DNA of 45,901 nucleotides from Sphaeroforma arctica JP610 (Eukaryota): NCBI RefSeq assembly GCF_001186125.1, contig NW_014040441.1, positions 1 to 45,901 of the forward strand, read 5' to 3'. Shown piece by piece: positions 12,900 to 27,272 of this stretch (position 1 is its first letter; each line of letters starts with the position of its first letter). The notes under the pieces were generated by a model. It saw only the letters and a program-made list of their open reading frames with translations, ran no database searches and was not told where the DNA came from. The position numbers and the translations under genes were made by a program.

Positions 12900-13453
12900 A
12901 AAACTGCAGGAGCGTGAAAAGCTGAGCATAAAGTAAGAGAGCTTGAATTTGAGCAATGGGCAAGCCAATTTTCAGAAGAAGGCTATGGCTAGAGAGTTTG
13001 GAATTGAGATCAAGCTCATCAAGGCATGTTGGAGAGCTTGATAAAAATGAAAAATGCAAGATTATATATACTATATATACATAATGGTAGAGTTCGGCCA
13101 CACTACCTCAACCCTAAGCATTTCTCTACCGGCAACCAAAGCCGTGCTGGCATTACTTGAAGAAATTACGCGAAGTGGACGATACTAACTGTATTTACAG
13201 TCTCAAAACTTACTTGTTGGCACAGGTAAAAATGTCCGTAGCATGTCTGTCTTCAGTACATGGAAGCAATCTGTGTATGAGAGTGGATTGCACAGCCTGA
13301 TAGGTGTCAGTATGGATGTGATGATAATGCTCCAGAATAGACCGTATCGGATCCTTAAACATGAGAGTTTTGTAGTTCATTCAGCGTCGTGCTTTTAAAG
13401 CACATCCCTTGCCATCACTACATGGTGATGCACACCAAGTAATGAAGTATGCT

Positions 13454-13632
13454 TCGACCACCGGGTTGAAGTCCCACGTATAAAATTATTAAAGTAAAAA
13501 AATCCAGGGCAAAATGAATATCGTATGTATGTCTCATAGCAACGCTTCAAGCTGTGCAATGATAGACTCTTTTCGAGCCTGCAAAATAAAGACTTGCAAT
13601 TGATAACACTCCCAATCACGAGTTCAGAGCTA
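13454..13632 (+). repeat. Dispersed direct repeat, copy 2 (homologous to 11834-11986)
   Basis: Same block order as copy 1, with a small internal insertion. Confidence 0.8.
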
Positions 13633-13956
13633 AGTCTAATTCTTTATATGATGTTCTTTTATGTCCACAAGAGTATGAGTACAAGTACAAGATTAGGATC
13701 GAAAAACGTCGGTACACACAGGTGATATATATGGCCTCGATATCATTTCAGGTCGACTGGCGACTGAATACGATCGGGGTACAAATATCGCATCCCCAAA
13801 AAAATGCACGCGCAGCTATAAATCAACTTAGTCGCAACCGTATAAAACCTTGGTCAGTTTAAAAGGCATAGCTGTAAGGCTAAATGTATATGCTTGACAC
13901 ACTCGTGGAAGTTTTAGGTGAATACGAGTAATAAGTTACAATGAAGTTCACTATGC

Positions 13957-14024
<68 letters not shown>

Positions 14025-14069
14025 NNNNNNNNNNNNNNNNNNNNTAAGTAATAAGTAAGTACTACTATA

Positions 14070-14138
<69 letters not shown>

Positions 14139-14714
14139 CTGAGAGCAATCGTATTATTCTAAATATTATACGTTTCCATATGTGCAAAACTCCAGCTCCT
14201 GTGATATGCGAGTCTGTGAAAGAGAAAAATTCATGGTTTTCGGGTCGCGAATACATATGCACGCATATAAATTATAATTACTTTTCAACCCGTATTTAAA
14301 TACTTGTATGTATATATGACATGCCTGCATACAATATAAGCACACACGAAGGGGAGTTCTGGCTTATAAAAACAGCACCTGCCATTCCCGCGTGCAATTC
14401 TGCTCAAAGTAATAGTGTCAGATAAATTTATCCACGAGTACAAGAGAATGATCTCGATACATGCTTAGCATCATTGCTTATTAATTCAATGGCGGTGGTG
14501 TCTATCCCTTTGCGTATGCGTTATAGGAGCTAGAAACCGTGAGGTGCCCGCCATTCCCCATAGTCACACCATGCATTGGGCTCCCAACGTACGTTGCGAG
14601 TGTAATCAACTACACGCTGCACTCGCCTGGTGTGTTTAGTTCATTTGTTGTTTAATTATGTTGCTTTTCTACTAGGGCTCTGCACGATGGTATGTACAGC
14701 ATTAACCCTAGACT

Positions 14715-15420
14715 ACAAGGTGGCGTTGCAGCGATGATCAAGATCGAGGAATACAACGAACAACACGGCTGTGACGGGTTGTCAGTACAACAACTTGTGA
14801 ATGAGTATGAAGAGCATATTTAATGGCATACGTTCGAGTGTGAGGAGTATGGCGAGCTGGCTTTCAATGAGTATGAGGCGCACAGTTAATCGAATTAGCG
14901 GTTGAGCAATTCGAGAAAAATAGAGTATGGCTTGGTAACGAAGTCGAGAACCATAGAGAGACGCTAGACGCCCTACAGTGAGCGTTAACGCATTCGATGA
15001 GGACATAAAACGGTTAGACAAAGAGATAGGATAAAGTTAGAGGTACTCTTGAAAACATCAAGGAAGCTCTGACACCGTCGAATGAAAACATGGAATAAGC
15101 TGGAAGCGAGCTAGGGAAGCGTAGTGGCACTATGGACACTATGCTGAAAGCACTGACACCATCGGACAAGACATTAATTTGGAGGTTCTCATGTTGAGAC
15201 ACACACAGATGCGATTGACGCAGTCTAATACGATTACAGAATGGGTTGGCAATGAAGTTGAGCAGAGCAGCATAGGACACATCTGATGTATCCAAAAGAA
15301 GATAATGCAGTCAAGGGAGAATATAGCATGGATTTCATGGATTAGCAGCGTGTGGGAAAAGTTCGGTAGTGGATATAAGAAGTCATCAGATTCTGGGGAA
15401 GCTAAGTTGTGATATAGACA
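14715..15420 (+). pseudogene. Possible decayed coiled-coil coding sequence
   Basis: Purine-rich, coding-like fragments (AAMIKIEEYNEQHGCDGLSVQQLVNEYEEH; DEDIKRLDKEIG; TLENIKEALTPSNENME) are interrupted by stops and frame changes. No family recognised. Confidence 0.25.
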
Positions 15421-16639
15421 ACAATTCATCTAATTTCTCATACCGAGTTGCGACTGAATGTGTGCCTTGCGCAAGAAGATGTCTCTATTCTGTGATATTC
15501 GATCTGGTCAAGCCTCGGCGTCGGATCCGGTCTTTGCACAGGAGGAAGGATATGGTGAACTCATTCATATGCACATGTAGGCATGTGTAAATGCTTGAGC
15601 GTTTATGTATATATGCACTAATATGATTGAATAGAGTGGGCTACGGTTTGCCAATATATTACCTGTCGAGCTTTGATAAAATTCCGGGTCACCCATGGCA
15701 TAGACCAACGTTTATGTATTCGTGCATATGTGATAGCAGGTGACTGTTCACAAGTAGTCATTCTGAATACGCCGCTCCCGATAGTGACCTTAAGTGCGTA
15801 TAAATCTAGCGTCAACATGGCCTGTTCGGGGTTCCAAACGACACCTTGCAGCCTGGATGGGCGTTACAGGCACTGATGAACTATTGCTACGACGGAGATG
15901 GAGAGCATATAATGTATACAGAGCCAACAGTGGAGGTTCTCAACGTAGATAGTCTTGCACTATGTATAGGCAGTTTTTTTGTTAATGAGATCGAACTCGG
16001 CAGTGTGAGGTGCTTGATATCATCATGCTTGAATCAACTGCGAGTAGTATGCCACTGCCTCAAAACAAACACGTGACCGAGCAGGTGTCCTGTAAACAAC
16101 GCTGCAGACTGGAGAGAAGTGCGTGAACAACATAGTCAGCCCCTCAAAAGTATTAAAAATAGTATACACCCACAAGATTCGATGCCGCATTCATTTCCTA
16201 GTTGTATTTGTCAGTGAGTGCGAACTCAAATACCAATATGTAATTTCTCCATACATTTTCGGTGAAGGACACCTCACGTTTGTTATTCAACGCCATAGCA
16301 CATGTTCTTCAAAGAAACAATATGCAGTAATCTTGGATGTTGTTATAAAATTAGTTAAGTTAGATGCTCACACACCTCTTTATGTATAATTTTTCAAAAG
16401 GGAACAGGACATGAAATATACGCCATCGTGACGAGATTTTTCTGGGACAGAGTTTACCTATAACTGCTATAGACTGTGGTATACTGCCGGAAATGTGGTA
16501 CGGCGGAAGGCTTTACTACAGAATTATAGCCCTTGCAATATGTATGACTTATACAGCTAGAGATAACCTCCTCTATACGTCGCGTTGGGTCACCAGCTTA
16601 CATTACCACCACTGCCAAGCGCTGATTGGTTCACAAGCA

Positions 16640-16920
16640 GTATAGTACATCCTTGAGCACGGTGAGCGTGGGACTAAATGCTTGTTTTAGAAATCTGATG
16701 CGTTCTACCCATACTCATTCCCACTGTCGATGACAAATTTATACATAAACAGTGAAGCACGTCCTTGAGCACGGAGAGTGACACTACATGCAGGTTTTGA
16801 AATCTGATGACCTCTATCCATTCATCCAAATTGTTGAAGGCAAATTGATACACAAACAAAATAGTACACCCTTGAGCACAGAATGTGTGGGATTACATGC
16901 CGGGTTTAGAATCCAATGCC
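16640..16920. repeat. Degenerate ~110-bp tandem repeat (3 copies) downstream of the ILV3 stop
   Basis: ccttgagcac...ac[t]acatgc...gaaatctgatg recurs at ~16651, ~16763 and ~16870. Confidence 0.7.
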
Positions 16921-16958
16921 ATATATTTATGCTTATCTGATTATAGACGGTTATCAAT

Positions 16959-19900
16959 TTATTCGTCGGTCACACAGCCTAGAGACGCGGACTTGACGTT
17001 CTTTATGTACTGCAATGCGGAGAAGGAATAAGCGTGTTAGCCATGATTGTGTCAAGCTTCGGTCAATCACTTTAAACCTGCCTTACAACCACTTTGACCT
17101 ACGATATAACCGCTTTAGCCATAAGCTAGGCTAGAACAGCATCATAAAGCGAATAATTGTACATTCAGGCGTGGAACGGTCTTAAGGAAACAGTACAATC
17201 CGTATAGCGCCGGACACTATTGATTGACGACTACGTATGTCTTTACATTCGCATACGGGGATACAGACGTGCTCGTACACCTACACGTCTTCAAAGATAT
17301 AGATACACGCGTAATTGTATTCATTTATTGTCTACACACAGAGTACAGCTGCTGTTCACGGATACGCGGACAGTGTGAAGCCAGGTAATTGGGCACCGTT
17401 CACGCATATATGGACATTTTCTTGACACTTAAAACTATACTTAACGAATCACACACATACACACACAAACAGAGTTGCATCACGAAGTATACCTTGTACA
17501 GTGTCCCCCTGGTGTACTTCAGAGCGGGTGCTACAAAACTTTCTCTGCGCTTTTGCAGCTCTTCTTCACTCACATCCATTTTGATCTCCTTGGTATCCGC
17601 ATCTGGCGAATAAAGAGTTATGATAGATAAGATTTTTAGTTATGATCTCCATTGCACTAGAACCTGATACATTGACTTCCAACATAGCTTTACATGCACA
17701 TATACACGTAGACATAAACATACATGCGTGTACACAAGCTTACATCCGGATGTTCCATTATTACTATATGTACATATTTATGTCTATATATATATAGATG
17801 AAATATCCACTATTGCAGAATAAAAAACCATACCAATGTTAATGATATTACCATTTTTGACCAGAAGGACCACCCTCCTGCGCCTCAGGGGACAGTACAA
17901 TAAAAGACCTATCAGACCATTCACAGACCCTACCGTCTGTAATCTTAGCCACAACATTGCCTACATAACCACACACACAACAATACATGGATAACTATCT
18001 ACAAAACCACATAGCACATCAACAGCCCACATCTACAGTGCCAAAGACATACCAATCGTAATGATATCGCCATTCTTAACCAAAGCAATAGGGCCACCCG
18101 CCTGCGCCTCAGGTGTCACGTGTCCAATGATAAACCCGTGAGACCCTCCGGAGAATCTTCCGTCTGTGATCATAGCCACATCATGTCCCAGACCAGCACC
18201 CATAATGGCACTGGTTGGGGTCAACATCTCAGGCATACCAGGACCTCCCTTGGGACCTTCGTAGCGGATGATTACTACCTGCTTCTCGCCTTTGACGATC
18301 TCGCCACGCTCTAGAGCGTGTAGCATGTCCTGTGGGTGTACAGGTGGGTGTGGGAACAGTGGGATATCAACACGTGTGTATGCAAGTATATTTGTGTGAT
18401 TGTGTATATGCAGCAGAATAGGTCGAAGCATGTGCTTGTATGTGTGTAAATACACCAGAAAAACACAATCATAAGCGTTCTATATATCTATAAAGGCATA
18501 CCTGCGATCACACCCAGATATATATATATACTATATATATAAATTTGAGAGTTCTTATATAGATATATATATACTAAATCTTTAAATTGAGGGGTTCTTA
18601 CATACCTCTTCAGCATCGTACACCATCGCACGTCCCTGGAAGCGCATACCCTCCTTGCCCGTGATCTTCGCCACAGAGCCCTCAGGCGCAAGGTTGCCAT
18701 AGAGCACATTCAAATGACCTGAACTTTTGATGGGCGTCTCGATTGGGTGGATGATGTCCTGGCCCTCTTTCAGTCCTGGCAGGTCTTTAAGGTTCTGCGG
18801 AAGTAAGTAGAGAAATCAAATCGCGAGTTAGAGGTTGTCTGCACGAATACACATAAATGCGCACACACTTCTTGGGGAGAACTGACAGCGTATCTCGTGT
18901 CCAGATCTCTTTTGGATCCGCTGGGCATATGTATGCGATCTAAATAAAACATAGACGTCCCGACGGGAAGGAAAACGGGTTGACAAACAATCTCGGTCCG
19001 ACATTAAAACCAAAAATGCACTGGACCTGCCAAGGGTGTTCGGGTAATAGTTGTGGGTGTTCTACGCACATCTATGGTATATCTGCCTGTTGGGCTGTAA
19101 ATGGTTTTGCATGTATTTAATATATACAGCTTTGTGATACTGAGCATGCATTCACGTGTCGTATTCTAAATAAATAAACACAGAAACCATACGCCCATAC
19201 ACATACATAGTACCCCCTGATCCTATAGATATGGGGTTCAACACAATGTTCACGTACACATTTCAACATCGAGTCATATAAAGTACGCTGTATACACGAA
19301 CGCAAACAATCATATATACATGGATACCGACCCGCACATACCTATCTACACACAAGTACATAGCAATATACACATCCACGGATACGAGCACACAATTACA
19401 TAGTACAACGTGCAAATGGTCATACCTCGGCCAAAGTCTTGCCTGTCACAGTCAAACAGGAACCATCAATCATGTTCTTCTCCAATAAATACTTGAGGAC
19501 GGCTGGTGTTCCTCCTACGTTGTGAAGATCCTCGATAACATACTGTCCACTTGGCTGTGATAGGATGCAGGCGAGAAAATCGGAATTAGAGACAATCTTT
19601 GCAGAACCTCAATGAGGGCATACTACATCGAATTTTAACGGAAACAAAAAGTACACAGCAAGGTATAGAGAAGGAAATCGGAACAACCCAATTGTCGATA
19701 TTCAGAGACCAATACATCACTATAGCATGTGTATCTTGTACACTATATTCGAACTTTAAACACAACTTTCGGTCAGAAGACAAGGGTATTGAAATATTGG
19801 CTTTCTGCAAGTCGTCGAATTTCAAAACCACTTCGAACGCACGCGTTTGTAGCAATCAAGAAGTGAAATGCTGCATTGATAAATCCAACCACTAACGATA

Positions 19901-22900
19901 TATATATTTATATAAATATATGATAATCACACACTTACCCAAGTACGCGACTGCCTATAGACAGTGCACACACACCTTGAGATCAGCAATGAAAGGTGTG
20001 GCGTCACTGGCTCGCTGGAAGTCGTCGAGAGTGATATCCACATCCACTGCACGTGCCATAGCAATCAGATGCAGTGCTGCGTTGGTGGATCCTCCCAGGG
20101 CCATAGTAATGGTTATGGCGTTCATGAAGGCGGGCTTTGTCATTATGTCTCGGGGTTTGATATCCTTTTCCATGAGATTCAGGACATATTTGCCTGTGGT
20201 TGGAAATACGTGACTCGTGGTAAGGTACCTCGTTGTGATTTGTGAAAGCAGTGTGTGATATCGATACTATCCCAAAGGTACATGTGCGCGTAAGTTATTG
20301 TGGTACCATGCTTAAGGATACATAGATCCAGCCTGCAGCCACCACACTAGCGATGGTGAACATAGTATTTTTAGCGTCTTAAGAGTATAGTAGTATAATA
20401 CTTTGAGCATCTTGAGAGCAAAGTAGTATGATCTTTGAACATCTTAAGAGCATGTTAGCATAGTACTTTGAGCATCCTACCTACACTCTGGCACTCCTGT
20501 ATTTTGCCGGGGGCGTTGGCGGGTACACTGGAACTGTACGGCAGACTCATGCCCATGGTCTCGATCGCAATAGCCATGGTGTTGGCTGTGTACATGCCTG
20601 TAGAAATAGAATGGACGGAAACACATGTGGGAATGGATCACTTTAGTACAAGTTAGACATAGCATATGCAGGTGTATATTCAGGGTCCATGCTGTCCATA
20701 AACCTACACGAGCCTCATGTGTGTTTATAGTATAGAGAATATGCAGGTTTTGATTATTAAATTGCTATTGTGCGTATCAGAATCTATGATAGTATACGGC
20801 CATATCTTTGTACGCGTTGGCGTAACATCTTCTCGCGCAATAGACACTCATACACCCAGGCTGACGTAGAGAAACAACGTCACACACACACGTGGCATAA
20901 CTCTACGTCACTGATCTCGCCTGCTTCATACTATGTATACGCCAGAAATACATACACCACAACAGAAATAACGCACAAAATACACCATATACACATATAT
21001 ACAGGGTCTATCATGAAGTATACAACCCACATAGACTGTCCAAGTATATACACAGGCTAACACAAACAGCACACAGCACACGCACACTCGGCACACCTCC
21101 ACAGGCTCCGGCTCCGGGACACGCATTCTGGATGACATCAGCTCGCTGTTCCTCGTTGATCTCGCCTGCGACATACTGTCCGTATGCCTGGAAAGCACTT
21201 ACAATGTCCAGCTTAGCATTGCCGGCACCACAGCCGGCACGGATGGTTCCTCCATACACCATGATGGCTGGGCGATTGAGACGTCCCATAGCTATTAAAC
21301 AACTATAGTGGGTAGTTGGCAGAAGGGGGTAGTTTGAGTGTGGGTGCTTGTTTGTGTGCGTACGGGTATTCGGGCGGGGAAAGGAACGGGAGTGTGGACG
21401 CGTATATTTCCTCTATGCATGTGTATGGCTGTGCCGTCTGTATATATGTATGTCCGACTGAGTATCGTTAGGCACCGTATTCCATACACTAGTTCAATCC
21501 ATGCATCATGATGACAGGACAGTTCATTGATACACTTACATATGCCTACTGCATTGTATGTGATCATGTGCTCCTTCAGCGGTAGCGTATGTAGGTCTAA
21601 AAGTATCATCGCACTTCGCCAACCAGACCAATATGCCATATGGACTATATTAACATATGACGTTCGTTCTTGTGTATATATGATAAAATGAAACAGGTGT
21701 ATGCGTGCGCGTACGTTACCAATTCTCGAATGCACAAACACAAATTTAAATGCCATGAATTTAAAGCGCGGGTACAAGCATGTTCCAGGTCATCGTGGTG
21801 TGTAATATAGTGGTATTCAGCTGTATTGTGGTTAATTAGCGATACAATCCAGATCACTAGAAACACCACATTCTCGCAGAAACTAGGTAAAGCTATTTCT
21901 ACACATTGTATAGATCACATGTAGTAGCAAGCATATTGATGTACTCCACAAATACATTTTCAAGTACGTATACAGGCATGTTCGGTTTACAGCAGGGCAG
22001 GGAACTAGCTGTGTACTGTCGCTCGCATATAATGTAACCGTCCCGATAAAGTCAGAAATGAACATCACGTAATTGCAAAGAGTAGAGCACGAACTTGAAA
22101 ACATCAGGCTATTAATACACAGGTAGACCTGAACACAATACTTAATAAAACTCTGCACGAGTATGTATAGTTGACAAACACACACACACGCTTATATACA
22201 TATATAACAGTTGTAATGATGTACGTACACAGGCATTTTCATATCACACCCAGGCAGAAGATGTTGAAATGTACCATTGTCCACTCATAGCTGTCTCAAT
22301 AGTCAGCAATGATATCATATGACTGCAGTAAGAAGGGCATGCCATTGGTGCCCATGGACTTGGCCATCAAATACATGTATACGTTTTGACACACGGAATA
22401 TACGAGTATATTTGTACGTTGATACAAACATATATATATATATATATATTTGCCGTGTATATGTACATATGCTGATTCGATGTACATACCCGGGCATGTT
22501 CTTGTCACAACCAGGAATGGAGATATTAGCATCGTACCACTGTCCGCTCATAACTGTCTCAATCGAATCGGCAATGATATCACGCGACTGCAGCGAGAAT
22601 GACATGCCATTGGTACCCATAGACATGCCATCACTGACTCCAATGGTGTTGAAACGGAAGCCAACTAGTCCTACGTCTTGTACACCCTTCTTGACAATAT
22701 TGGCCAGGTCTAAGAGGTGCATGTTGCATGGATTGCCCTACAGAGGGAAGGCGAAGAGAGAGTGTTTATATATGTATACGTATATACAATGCATACATTT
22801 GAAACCCACTCCCCTCACTACAACAAAACAACTCAGAATACTATATATATCAGCCAATAAGAACCCACTCACCTCATACCACACCGACGAGATTCCCACT

Positions 22901-24849
22901 TGAGGTTTCGCCATATCGGATGTACTCAGGCCTGTGGCGTGTAACATCGCCTGCGCTGCTCCGTTGGCTTTGGGCTGTGTGATGGTGCGACTGAACTTGT
23001 TCAAACCCTCACCTGAAAACGCATAGTATGGGACAAGTGAAGTTGTTAACATTGCTGTCCCCTACTGGGTTATGGTTCAGGCAGGACTTGGTAGTTTAAG
23101 GCCACTAACATCGGGGTTGATATTAGAACCGGAAGTTTATATATATATATATATATAATCATAAAGGTGTGTACCGTTGGATGCATGTATGTACATCGAG
23201 GACTACGCCGACTATGCCCAGGTGCGGTGACATCACTTGTTATCTGATTCGAAAGGCACATAATAATTCAAAAATGCACACGGCTTAAGACTACTTTCAA
23301 CAAGCCATACAGCTCGCAGATCTCCTTGTATAGCATATTGCACACATTGCAACATCAAAACACTCAACATGCTACGGCAATCCACACCCCAAAGAAGATA
23401 TGCCGCATGTGTACGCAAAAACATTGGGATATCTCATGTAATATATTGGTCGAAACCCTTTCAAAATACATTGGCAGGTCTCGTGTATATATGTATCATT
23501 TGTAGGACAATACTCGCGTTAAATAGACTATTAATAGACACCTGGTATACTCACCTGGTTGACTGACGTACTGTCTGACGCCCGCGGTTAGTACGGGTCG
23601 AGAAATGTGTGCGATGCGGCACTGGGCCCTGCAAGCATGTAACGGATAGAGATACTGAGGGGGTTGTCGCAAAGAGAAAACAGGTATCAATGTTCATAAC
23701 TTCGTGTGGGGATTAAAATAACAATCAGCTCCCAATAGAAATAAATATATACATATGAGGTGTACGAGGGGAAACATCTGGATGCACAATCAACATGTAG
23801 CCTGCACGAATCTAAAGAAAAATAATGTATTGGCATGTGTATTAGGAACAGGCAGGCAGGTAGCGATGGATGTCACTGGTTGGGCGAATGCTTGAAGCTA
23901 TAGGAAATTACACACATCTAAGATAAGGATAACAGGTAGATGCCTTACACACTTTGTCATCATGGCTAGATCGCGAATTCATACGTACACGGTATGAGAA
24001 ACGCGAACAGTTGCCACCCCTCCCCATCTCATTCCCAGTCAATAGAGTTTATTGCAGATACACTAGTAACATGAGACCTAGACAGCAAACAACATAATGG
24101 AAGTGTACTTCCGACCTATCTGCAAATGTAGAGTTCCCATTCGCAACTATGAACAAACAGACGTTCACGCTTATCAGGCAGTCAGTCCTGTGAACTTGGC
24201 CTGACAACCTCTCTCATGGTTTACGATTACCTCCACACTGCTCACTATACTAGCCACAGGACCAAGTGTCTGATTTTCGATGAACGTGCAGTACAAACTC
24301 AAGTATAACGCTTCAACCCCTAAGCTCCCTGTCTTATAGTAACACTTGTCTGTATATCGAACTCCCGTAAACAATGAACAGATCAGCTTATCCAAAACAG
24401 ACAGCTTCGTACACTTTACGATAACAACAAACCAATTTATCTGCGCCCACACTAAGGTGATACATAATCGCTGGTAATGAAACTGTCGTCGTCATATTTA
24501 GAATAAGAGGCCAAGTAGAATCCGTTAAATACGATATAGATATAAGCGATACAATATGATAAACGCAAGTAATTATAAAGGTACAACGACAAGAATACAC
24601 CATCCGTCATACACGAAAGAGGTGCGCAAACGAGTACTGTGTACTGATAGCAGCACGACGTCCAATGCACGCTACGAAATCTAGATGTATATACATACAG
24701 ATAAAATCCCGAAAAGAGGACACCCACGGGACTTTGGGTACAATGTCATCTATACCATATGCTAAGAGATGCAATACGTAATATGAACCGCGATGACAGG
24801 CACCAAACCCAAACCCAACAACATACCTTGAGAGTTGAGAAAGAGACAT
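16959..24849 (-). CDS. ILV3: Dihydroxy-acid dehydratase, mitochondrial (IlvD/Edd family), ~593 aa, 12 exons
   Basis: Exons 24849-24827, 23628-23555, 23012-22873, 22737-22490, 21302-21097, 20597-20481, 20193-19976, 19554-19426, 18794-18606, 18329-18053, 17602-17493 and 17009-16959 are all GT-AG with consistent phase (1782 nt). Motifs: [65 protein letters not shown] and C-terminal [10 protein letters not shown]. The two 5' exons (presequence-like [28 protein letters not shown]) are less certain. Confidence 0.96.
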
Positions 24850-25944
24850 GATTCCTTTACCCGTGTATCTACCAAGTATTTGAACACTCCAAATTACTTG
24901 CAAGTAGCATATATATAGACGGACTGACTTTTCTAGTGTATATCCGCCACGTTCTATTGTTCACGAGCGAGCTATGAATTTTAAAAATGTTATTATCACA
25001 CGAAAGTAAGCTTTTTTTCTGATGTCATGCAGCGACAAATTGCCTTAACCTCAATGCGTTTAACGTTGAAACGTATAAGCTGTAAAACGACGTCCATTTA
25101 CGTTCCGACGTTTATATTGGAATGTCCTAAAGGGTGTCGCTGAGGGCCATATTCGGAGCCCTAAGGTGCAAAGTGTATGATACTGACCATCTAGTATGCT
25201 ATAATTCGGATAAAAAGTATAGTTAATTCAAGTACTTTAACCTGTGTAAACGTTTTAAAGTTCAAATAACGAATAAATAAGCGTTTACATTCGGAGGCCC
25301 TTCTATTTTAAATAATGTAACCGGATTGTGGTTCTATAATAGGTTGCACCCCATTGGCCTGCTTTGGCAAACTAAAAAATTTGTTTTGTTTTGTTTTATC
25401 ACACGTAAGTGTAAATACAGGCGTGTATACTCATTACAGGGAGTCAAGGACCGCATCAGCCGTCAGCCCGTCACGTTGTTTGGACTTTGGTGGCATGTTG
25501 ACACTTGACAGCGACACCGTCCACCGACTCAGTCACACCTCACATGGGATAAATATTTATGGGGTTTTTCTGTTTGTTTTATTTAAAAAAAACCCCTATA
25601 TATTTTTCTTTTTAGGGAGAGAGGGTCATGTAATATTTGACCGAAATTTGGAGTAAAATACAATCAGTACACATTTAATCCCCAGATTTGTAGTAGGACC
25701 GAATGGGCCCTTTTTTGAGGTGCAGGTGCGCGACCTCACCGATTCCACGTGAGGGGCGGTCCACTCTTAATGCGAGAAGAGAAGGGAGAAAGAATCATCT
25801 TGCCCTATGGACACAAACCTGATTATATTCACTACTTGCACACTAACACGCTTGTGACTACGACCCTACCACAAGCTTTGTACACACCCGCAGATATACA
25901 CACATACACACATTATACACATACACATACATACAAACGGCAAC
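24850..25944. promoter_or_regulatory. Divergent (bidirectional) intergenic region between ILV3 and eIF3L, with an E-box and adjacent GC-box
   Basis: The two start codons point away from each other ~1.1 kb apart. CACGTG lies at 25746-25751 and GGGGCGG at 25753-25759, ~190 bp upstream of the eIF3L ATG. Confidence 0.45.
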
Positions 25945-26388
25945 ATGGAGCAAACCTACTCTACCGATGCTTCTGATTTGCAGAACATGCGCAAATATCA
26001 CAACCAGGCAGCTATCGAGGAAGACGAGGATGCTGAACAGGACACCGCAGCCAATGTGATTGATGAGTCATACATCCTACCCGATGTTGTGCGTGATTTC
26101 ATCCTGTACTTTAACGAGCACGTGGTCAATCGTGAGGTGGGAGTGATTCAGAACATCTACGAGAACTCATGGCAGAAGCTGAGCGATCGCTTCTTTAGTG
26201 ACTGCACATGGCCACCTGTTGGTATGTAGTGTGATTTTTTTGTGATGTTAAAGACGTTGCTTTTTTTAACGTCTGGCAATAGCTGTATACATATGTAGTA
26301 TGATCGCATCTCACCTATGTCTCAATTTACTATATATTATATATATGTATATATATTTGTGTGTGTGTGTGTGCATGTGTGTGTATAT

Positions 26389-26422
<34 letters not shown>

Positions 26423-26743
26423 NNNNNNNNNNNNNNNNNNNNTGTGTGTGTATTTATATATTTATATATATATATATATATTGTGTGTGTGTTATTTTTA
26501 TAAATTTAAACATATACGTCTATGTCTATGTATATGTATATACATACATGTACACACACTCACACCCACCCACACACACATATATATATGGCATATATTT
26601 ATCCATATATATATATATATATATGTATATACGTGTGTATGTGTATTTATATATGTTGTATGTATGTATGTATTTTTAGGTATATGTATGTATGTCTTTA
26701 TATATATAGGTATGTATGTCTTTATATATATAGGTATGTATGT

Positions 26744-26774
<31 letters not shown>

Positions 26775-27236
26775 ACACCGACACTTTCACATATACACAC
26801 ATATACATGCACACAGACAGACACACACACACATATTTATATATAATATATGTATGTATGTATGTGTTTATGTATTTATGTATGTATTCAGGTATATATC
26901 TTCTCGTATGGTTGGATTTTTTGTGTATTACATGGGGACATATTTGCTTATACTCATAGAGGTGCCGTGAACTGATTTGCACGCCGTAGTCGCTTTGCAT
27001 ATATATTTATTACGTTGAATACATAGTTCTGCGGTGGTGGTTCTTATTAGCAGAAGCTTCCCAGCAACTTGTACCCTCACTCAGTCTTTGTACTTGCGCT
27101 AATGTGATTGAGCATTGTCTCAAATTGCGTAGGTTCTTTCAAACACGCTACATCCAAGCTCTCGCACTGTAGTAAGACACTTGAAAATCTGACACTATTG
27201 ATGTAACGGATATATGCTTGTATCACACATACACTC

Positions 27237-27272
<36 letters not shown>

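Noticed and set aside
17829..22368. ILV3 echo copies as functional mutually exclusive exons
   Set aside because: They are partial and frameshifted, lack a matching acceptor and alter conserved residues.
26300..27000. Multiple YIYIY/VCVC ORFs
   Set aside because: They come from low-complexity TA/TG microsatellite in eIF3L intron 1.
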